A stretch of 17,084 nucleotides of DNA. It comes from Octopus sinensis. Lineage: Eukaryota. The position numbers were made by a program, and so were the translations under genes. The stretch lies in assembly GCF_006345805.1 (NCBI RefSeq), contig NW_021824956.1, positions 1-17,084 of the forward strand, in the 5' to 3' direction. Shown one piece after another: positions 7,990-17,084 of this stretch. The number at the start of each line of letters is the position of its first letter. The first letter of the stretch is position 1. The notes beneath the pieces are model-generated. The model ran no database searches. It worked only from the letters and a program-made list of their open reading frames with translations, and was not told the origin of the DNA.

Positions 7990-10900
7990 TTATGAAATTA
8001 ATTACATAATCTCAAGTACTCCCATTTTCTCACATCTAGAGACCTTCCAAATTACATTATATATTATGAAATTAATTACATAATCTCAAGTACTCCCATG
8101 TTCTCACATCTAGAGACGCTCCCAAATTGTAAAATATATTACGCAATTCATTAAATAATCTCAAGTACCCTCATGTCTTCAAATCTATGGACATCTCTTA
8201 ATTGCATAATATATTACGCAATTTATTATATTATCTAGGGTACCCGAATGACCTAAAATCTAGGGACATCTCTTAATTGCATAATATATAACGCAATTAA
8301 TTACATAATCACAATTACACCCATTTTCTGACATCTAGAGACCTTCCAAATTAAATTACATATTTTGAAATTTTATTACATAAAATCAAGTACCCCCTGG
8401 TCTTCAAACCTATGGACATCTCTTAATTGCATAATATATTACGATATTAATTACATAATCTCAAGTACTTAAATGTTCTCACATCTTAAGACGCTCCCAA
8501 ATTGTAAAATATATTAAGCAATTCTTTAAATAATCTCAATTACCCCAATGTCTTCAAATCTAGGGACATGTCTTATTTGCATAATATATAACGCAATTAA
8601 TTACATAATCTCAATTACACCCATTTCCTAACATCTAGAGACCTTCCAAATTACATTATATATTATGAAATGAATTACATATACTCAAGTACTACCATGT
8701 TGTCACATGTTGAGACGCTCCGAAAATGTAAAATATGTTAGGCAATTCTTTAAATAAACTCAAGTACCCCAATGTCTTCAAATCTAGGGACATCTCTTAA
8801 TTGCATAATAAATAACGAAATTAATTACATAATCTCAATTACACTCATTTTCTCACATCTAGAGACCTTCCAAATTACATTATATATTATGAAATTAATT
8901 ACATAATCTCAAGTACTCCCATGTTCTCACATCTTGAGACGCTCCCAAATTGTAAAATATATTACGCAATTCTTTAAATAATCTCAAGTACCTCCTGGTC
9001 TTCAAATCTATGGACATCTCTTAATTGCATAATATATTACGCAATTAATTACATAATTTCAAGTACACCCATTTCCTAACATCTAGAGACCTTCCAAATT
9101 ACATTATATATTATGAAATGAATTACATATACTCAAGTACTACCATGTTGTCACATCTTGAGACGCTCACAAAATGTAAAATATATTACGTAATTCATTA
9201 AATAATCTCAAGGACCCCCATGTCTTCAAATCTAGGGACATCTCTTAATTGCATATTATATAACGCAATTAATTACATAATCTCAATTACACACATTTTC
9301 TCACATCTAGAGACCTTCCAAATTAAATTATATATTATGAAATTAATTACATAATCTCAAGTACCCCCTGGTCTTCAAATCTATGGACATCTCTTAATTG
9401 CATAATATATTACGCAATAATTACAACATAATTTCAAGTACACCCATTTCCTACATCTAGAGACCTTCCAATTACATTATATATTATGAAAATAATTACA
9501 TATACTCAAGTACTACCATGTTGTCATCGCTTAGACGCTCACAAAATGTAAAATATATTACGTAATTCATTAAATAATCTCAAGGACCCCCATGTCTTCA
9601 AATCTAGGGACATCTCTTAATTGCATAATATATTACGCAATTAATTACATAATTTCAAGTACACCCATTTCCTAACATCTAGAGACCTTCCAAATTACAT
9701 TATATATTATGAAATTAATTAAATAATCTCAAGTACCCCCATGTCTTCAAATCTAGGGACATCTCTTAATTGCATATTATATAACGCAATTAATTACATA
9801 ATCTCAATTACACACATTTTCTCACATCTAGAGACCTTCCAAATTAAATTATATATTATGAAATTAATTACATAATCTCAAGTACCCCCTGGTCTTCAAA
9901 TCTATGGACATTTCTTAATTGCATAATATATTACGCAATTAATTACATAATCTCAAGTACTCCCATGTTCTCACATCTTGAGACGCTCACAAATTGTAAA
10001 ATATATTACGTAATTCATTAAATAATCTCAAGGACCCCCATGTCTTTAAATCTAGGGACATCTCTTAATTGCATAATATATAACGCAATTAATTACATAA
10101 TCTCAATTACACCAATTTTTTCACATCTAGAGACCTTCCAAATTAAATTATATATTATGAAATTAATTAAATAATCTCAAGTACCCCCTTGTCTTCAAAT
10201 CTATGGACATCTCTTAATTGCATAATATATTACGCAATTAATTACATAATTTCAAGTACACAACACCATTCAACCCTTCCTAACATCTAGAGACCTTCCA
10301 AATTACATTATATATTATGAAAATAATTACATAAACTCAAGTACTCCCATGTTCTCACATCTTGAGATGCTCACAATTGTAAAATATATTAAGAAATTCT
10401 GTAAATAATCTCAAGTACCCCAATGTCTTCAAATCTAGGGACATGTCTTATTTGCATAATATATAACGCATTAATATACATAATCTCAATTAAACCCATT
10501 TCTCACATCTAGAGACCATACAAATTAAATTATAGATTATGAAATTAATTACATAAACTCAAGTACCCCCTGGTTTTCAAACCTATGGACATCTCTTAAT
10601 TGCATAATATATTACGATATTAATTACATAATCTCAAGTACTCAAATGTTCTCACATCTTGAGACGCTCCCAAATTGTAAAATATATTAAGCAATTCTTT
10701 AAATAATCTCAAGGACCCCCATGTCTTCTAATCTAGGGACATCTCTTAATTGCATAATATATAACGCAATTAATTACATAATCTCAATTACACCCACCAT
10801 TTTCTCTCACATCTAGAGACCATACAAATTAATTATAGATTATGAAATTAATTACATACATATCTCAAGTACTCTCATGTTCTCACATCTTGAGACGCTC

Positions 10901-13900
10901 TCAAATTGTAAAATATATTACGCAATTCTTTAAATAATCTCAAGTACCTCCTGGTCTTCAAATCTATGGACATCTCTTATTGCATAATATATTACGCAAT
11001 TAATTACATAATTTCAAGTACACCCATTTCCTAACATCTAGAGACCTTTCAAATTAAATTATATATTTTGAAATTAATTACATAAACTCAAGTACCCCCT
11101 GGTTCTTCAACCTATGGACATCTCTTAATGCATATATATTACGATATTAATTACATAATCAAGTACTCAAATGTTCTCACATCTTGAGACGCTCCCAAAT
11201 TGTAAAATATATTAAGGCATTCTTTAAATAATCTTAATTACCCCAATGTCTTCAAATCTAGGGACAAGTCTTATTTGCAAATATATAACGCAATTAATTA
11301 CATAATCCAATACACACACACCCATTCCTAACATCTAGAGACCTTCCAAATTACATTATATATTATGAAATTAATTACATAAACTCAAGTACTCAAAGTT
11401 TCTCACATCTTGAGACGCTCACAAATTTAAAATATATTACACAATTCATTAAATAATCTAAAGTACCCCAATGTCTTCCAATCTAGGGACATCTCTTAAT
11501 TGCATAATATATAACGCAATATATTACATAATCTCAAGTACACCCCTTTTCTCACATCTAGAGACTTTCCAAATTACATTATATATTATGAAATGAATTA
11601 CATAACTCAAGTACTCCCATGTTCTCACATCTTGAGACGCTCCGAAATTGTAAAATATGTTAGGCAATTCTTTAAATAACTCAAGTACCCCAATGTCTTC
11701 AAATCTAGGGACATCTCTTAATTGCATAATAAATAACGAAATTAATTACATAATCTCAATACACCCATTTTCTCACATCTAGAGACCTTCCAAATTAATA
11801 TATATTATGAATTAATTACATAATCTCAAGTACCCCCTGGTCTTCAAATCTATGGACATTTCTTATTGCATAATATATTACGCAATTAATTACATAATCT
11901 CAAGTACTCCCATGTTCTCACATCTTGAGACGCTCACAATTGTAAAATATATTACGTAATTCATTAAATAATCTCAAGGACCCCCATGTCTTTAATCTAG
12001 GGACATCTCTTAATTGCATAATATATAACGCAATTAATTACATAATCTCATTACACACCAATTTTTCACATCTAGAGACCTTCCAAATTAAATTATATAT
12101 TATGAAATTAATTAAATAATCTCAAGTACCCCCTTGTCTTCAAATCTATGGACATCTCTTAATTGCATAATATATTACGCAATTAATTACATAATTTCAA
12201 GTACACCCATTTCCTAACATCTAGAGACCTTCCAAATTACATTATATATTATGAAAATAATTACATAAACTCAAGTACTCCCATGTTCTCACATCTTGAG
12301 ATGCTCACAAATTGTAAAATATATTAAGAAATTCTTTAAATAATCTCAAGTACCCCAATGTCTTCAAATCTAGGGACATGTCTTATTTGCATAATATATA
12401 ACGCAATTAATTACATAATCTCAATTAAACCCATTTTCTCACATCTAGAGACCATACAAATTAAATTATAGATTATGAAATTAATTACATAAACTCAAGT
12501 ACCCCCTGGTTTTCAAACCTATGGACATCTCTTAATTGCATAATATATTACGATATTAATTACATAATCTCAAGTACTCAAATGTTCTCACATCTTGAGA
12601 CGCTCCCAAATTGTAAAATATATTAAGCAATTCTTTAAATAATCTCAAGGACCCCCATGTCTTCTAATCTAGGGACATCTCTTAATTGCATAATATATAA
12701 CGCAATTAATTACATAATCTCAATTACACCCATTTTCTCACATCTAGAGACCATACAAATTAAATTATAGATTATGAAATTAATTACATAATCTCAAGTA
12801 CTCTCATGTTCTCACATCTTGAGACGCTCTCAAATTGTAAAATATATTACGCAATTCTTTAAATAATCTCAAGTACCTCCTGGTCTTCAAATCTATGGAC
12901 ATCTCTTAATTGCATAATATATTACGCAATTAATTACATAATTTCAAGTACACCCATTTCCTAACATCTAGAGACCTTTCAAATTAAATTATATATTTTG
13001 AAATTAATTACATAAACTCAAGTACCCCCTGGTCTTCAAACCTATGGACATCTCTTAATTGCATAATATATTACGATATTAATTACATAATCTCAAGTAC
13101 TCAAATGTTCTCACATCTTGAGACGCTCCCAAATTGTAAAATATATTAAGCAATTCTTTAAATAATCTTAATTACCCCAATGTCTTCAAATCTAGGGACA
13201 AGTCTTATTTGCATAATATATAACGCAATTAATTACATAATCCCAATTACACCCATTTCCTAACATCTAGAGACCTTCCAAATTACATTATATATTATGA
13301 AATTAATTACATAAACTCAAGTACTCAAATGTTCTCACATCTTGAGACGCTCACAAATTTTAAAATATATTACACAATTCATTAAATAATCTAAAGTACC
13401 CCAATGTCTTCCAATCTAGGGACATCTCTTAATTGCATAATATATAACGCAATATATTACATAATCTCAAGTACACCCCTTTTCTCACATCTAGAGACTT
13501 TCCAAATTACATTATATATTATGAAATGAATTACATAAACTCAAGTACTCCCATGTTCTCACATCTTGAGACGCTCCGAAATTGTAAAATATGTTAGGCA
13601 ATTCTTTAAATAAACTCAAGTACCCCAATGTCTTCAAATCTAGGGACATCTCTTAATTGCATAATAAATAACGAAATTAATTACATAATCTCAATTACAC
13701 CCATTTTCTCACATCTAGAGACCTTCCAAATTACATTATATATTATGAAATTAATTACATAATCTCAAGTACTCCCATATTCTCACATCTTGAGACGCTC
13801 ACAAATTGTAAAATATATTACGCAATTCATTAAATAATCTCAAGGACCCCCATGTCTTCAAATCTAGGGACATCTCTTAATTGCATAATATATAACGCTA

Positions 13901-16192
13901 TTAATTACATAATCTCAATGACACCCATTTTCTCACATCTAGAGACCATACAAATTAAATTATAGATTATGAAATTAATTACATAATCTCAAGTACTCTC
14001 ATGTTCTCACATCTTGAGACGCTCCCATATTGTAAAATATATTAGGCAATTCTTTAAATAATCTCAAGTACCCCAATGTCTTCAAATCTAGGGACATGTC
14101 TTATTTGCATAATATATAACGCAATTAATTACATAATCTCAATTACACCCATTTTCTCATATCTAGAGACCTTCCAAATTAAATTATATATTTTGAAATT
14201 AATTACATAATCTCAAGTACCCCCTAGTCTTCAAACCTATGGACATCTCTTAATTGCATAATATATTACGATATTAATTACATAATCTTAAGTACTCAAA
14301 TGTTCTCACATCTTGAGACGCTCCCAAATTGTAATAAATAAACTCAAGTACCCCAATGTCTTCAAATCTAGGGACATCTCTTAATTGCATAATAAATAAC
14401 GAAATTAATTACATAATCTCAATTACACCCATTTTCTCACATCTAGAGACCTTCCAAATTACATTATATATTATGAAATTAATTACATAATCTCAAGTAC
14501 TCCCATATTCTCACATCTTGAGACGCTCACAAATTGTAAAATATATTACGCAATTCATTAAATAATCTCAAGTACCCCCATGTCTTAAAATCTAGGGACA
14601 TCTCTTAATTGCATAATATATTACGCAATTTATTATATTATCTAGGGTACCCGAATGACCTAAAATCTAAGGACCTCTCTTAATTGCATTATATATTACG
14701 CAATTTATTATATAATCTCAATTACTCCCATGTTCTCACATCTTGAGACGCTCACAAATTGTAAAATATATTACGTAATTCATTAAATAATCTCAAGGAC
14801 CCCCATGTCTTCAAATCTAGGGACATCTCTTAATTGCATAATATATAACGCAATTAATTACATAATCTCAATGACACCCATTTTCTCACATCTAGAGACC
14901 ATACAAATTAAATTATAGATTATGAAATTAATTACATAATCTCAAGTACTCTCATGTTCTCACATCTTGAGACGCTCCCAAATTGTAAAATATATTAGGC
15001 AATTCTTTAAATAATCTCAAGTACCCCAATGTCTTCAAATCTAGGGACATGTCTTATTTGCATAATATATAACGCAATTAATTACATAATCTCAATTACA
15101 CCCATTTTCTCATATCTAGAGACCTTCCAAATTAAATTATATATTTTGAAATTAATTACATAATCTCAAGTACCCCCTAGTCTTCAAATCTATGGACATC
15201 TCTTATTTTCATAATATATTACGCAATTAATTACATAATCTCAAGTACTCTCATGTTCTCACATCTTGAGACGCTCCCAAATTGTAAAATATATTAGGCA
15301 ATTATTTAAATAATCTCAAGTACCCCAATGTCTTCAAATCTAGGGACATCTCTTAATTGCATAATAAATAACGAAATTAATTACATAATCTTAATTACAC
15401 CCATTTTCTCACATCTAGAGACCTTCCAAATTTCATTATATATTATGAAATTAATTACATAATCTCAAGTACTCCCATGTTCTCACATCTTGAGACGCTC
15501 ACAAAATGTAAAATATATTACGTAATTCATTAAATAATCTCAAGGACCACCATGTCTTCAAATCTAGGGACATCTCTTAATTGCATAATATATAACGCAA
15601 TTAAATACATAATTTCAATTACACCCATTTTCTCACATCTAGAGACCTTCCAAATTAAATTATATATTTTGAAATTAATTACATAATCTCAAGTACCCCC
15701 TGGTTTTCAAACCTATGGACATCTCTTCATTGCATAATATATTACGATATTAATTACATAATCTCAAGTACTCCCATGTTCTCACATCTAGAGACCTTCC
15801 AAATTACATTATATATTATGAAATTAATTACATAATCTCAAGTACTCCGATTTTCTCACATCTAGAGACCTTCCAAATTACATTATATATTATGAAATTA
15901 ATTACATAATCTCAAGTACTCCCATGTTCTCACATCTAGAGACGCTCCCAAATTGTAAAATATATTACGCAATTCATTAAATAATCTCAAGTACCCCCAT
16001 GTCTTCAAATCTATGGACATCTCTTAATTGCATAATATATTACGCAATTTATTATATTATCTAGGGTACCCGAATGACCTAAAATCTAAGGACCTCTCTT
16101 AATTGCATAATATATAACGCAATTAATTACATTATCTCAATTACACCCATTTTCTCACATCTAGAGACCTTCCAAATTAAATTATATATTAT
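7987..16192. repeat. AT-rich satellite, ~110 monomers of 74-75 bp with higher-order organisation
   Basis: Manual count: ~35 type A (ctagagaccttccaaatta, 74 bp), ~29 type B (cttgagacgctc.caaattgtaaaa, 75 bp), ~43 type C (tcttcaaatcta[g/t]ggacatctctt, 75 bp), 3 type D (ctagggtacccgaatgacctaaaat at 8235, 14642, 16061). Confidence 0.98.
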
Positions 16193-16251
16193 GTCACATG
16201 GGTGATCAGACCCCCATGGGCAACCTGGCCTTTACGTGTTTCCATGGCAAC
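16190..16251. repeat. Right terminal inverted repeat
   Basis: tatgtcacatgggtgatcagacccccatgggcaacctggcctttacgtgtttccatggcaac; inverse of 7927-7989 and direct copy of 28-87. Confidence 0.85.
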
Positions 16252-16269
16252 TACATAGCAAATATTTAC

Positions 16270-17084
16270 GAACGAACGAACAGATTTTATTGACTTAGCA
16301 ACCGAAAGAGAAGAGTTATATGAAAAGGTTTTATTAAAATCGAGACACCGAAAGCCTCCTCCTTGCTTTCCTTTTCACTTCTCATGCCCTTTGCAATGAG
16401 CAGAGGACTTGCCGAATGTTTTGAGTTTGTTCGTCTAGCTCTCTGAGGAGATCCTGATCAAGCCGTAGCTTATACGCCAGTTTAATCGCAAAGCGCCTTG
16501 TTTTCTCCAGTTTGGTGATTATGCGATTTCTCTCGTCTGTAGGGTACCAACCTTCATGTCCGTAGATAAGGACTGGTTCTACACTCGCCTTATAGATGAA
16601 GAGAAAGGTGTCTGGGGAGAGATGGAAGCGTATAAGGCTTCTCAGGATCCCGGAACATTTCCTTCTTCTAGATTCCACGAACTTAAGGAACGATCCGTCA
16701 GTCCCGATCGTTCTCCCAAGGTAGCGTAGGTCGTCAGAAATTCTTAGTCCCATTGTCTCCAGAAGTGGTTCTCTTCTTTCCGAGTTTTAGAAATCCACGT
16801 GATGGTGGACTTGTCTCGTGCTATAGAGAGGGCTTTCTCCCCAGCCCAAGACTCAACCCTCGCTACATATTCCCTCAGCCTTTTCCAAGAGAGGTCCTTA
16901 GATCGCGACAGATCCGTAACAATATGTCGTCCGCATAGATAATTAGTAGACTCTCCGGATTTACTGGTTTCGGGATGTCGGCGACGTATAAGTTGAAAAG
17001 TAGAGGGCTCAGGACCGACCCTTGAGGCACTCCCCTCCTTAGATTGATTGTATCCGAGGTCCGGTTACCACATCTGATAAAAGA
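16270..17084 (-). mobile_element. Second copy of LINE-A (3' end; runs off the window)
   Basis: Colinear with 105-924, ~97-98% identical by eye. Same (GTTC)3 tail, same flanking ATATTTAC (16262-16269). Confidence 0.95.
16382..17084 (-). CDS. LINE-A copy 2 ORF2, RT C-terminal part (partial, frameshifted)
   Basis: Homologous to 219-924, including GVPQGSVLSPLLFNLY and YADD. Ends RLDQDLLRELDEQTQNIRQVLCSLQRA*. Confidence 0.9.

Larger units (their letters stand above)
7927..16251. mobile_element. Putative non-autonomous TIR (MITE/foldback-like) element whose interior has expanded into a satellite; superfamily unassigned
   Basis: Imperfect inverted repeats abut both ends of the array. No coding capacity. 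No TSD identified, and the true outer ends may lie beyond the aligned part. Confidence 0.6.

Noticed and set aside
10255-11330. Local insertions and odd monomers (caacaccattcaacc ~10261, cccaccat ~10793, cacacacacc ~11313)
   Set aside because: Absent from the duplicate 1.94-kb block and typical of read or consensus noise.
11524-11727. 67-aa minus-strand ORF inside the satellite
   Set aside because: Chance open frame in tandem monomers, in an indel-rich stretch.
7987-16192. CRISPR-like regular repeat
   Set aside because: There are no unique spacers; the whole period is repeated, and the context is eukaryotic.
16753-16938. 61-aa plus-strand ORF
   Set aside because: Antisense to the LINE-A RT; not conserved as an ORF in copy 1.

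Overview
Eukaryotic repeat locus with no host gene, RNA gene or CRISPR array. The left 7.3 kb holds three related non-LTR retrotransposons (Jockey/I-group-like, APE endonuclease + RT), all on the minus strand. LINE-A (105-2872) has a full ORF2 and the tip of ORF1. LINE-B (2904-6514) has a full ORF2 and a 5'-truncated three-zinc-knuckle ORF1. LINE-C (6523-~7260) is a decayed RT 3' fragment. A and B each sit between 8-bp direct repeats (candidate TSDs), and removing them places all three insertion points within ~31 bp, just outside an inverted repeat. After an AT-rich spacer with a short CCCTAA-containing ~62-bp repeat comes an ~8.2-kb satellite of ~110 monomers of 74-75 bp (types A/B/C/D, higher-order structure). 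The satellite is bracketed by ~63-bp imperfect terminal inverted repeats (7927-7989 / 16190-16251). The satellite end-TIR-LINE-A junction occurs twice, 16.16 kb apart (window start and end). Many ORF-breaking single-base indels look like long-read errors. The organism cannot be determined from the sequence. All counts and alignments were done by eye.
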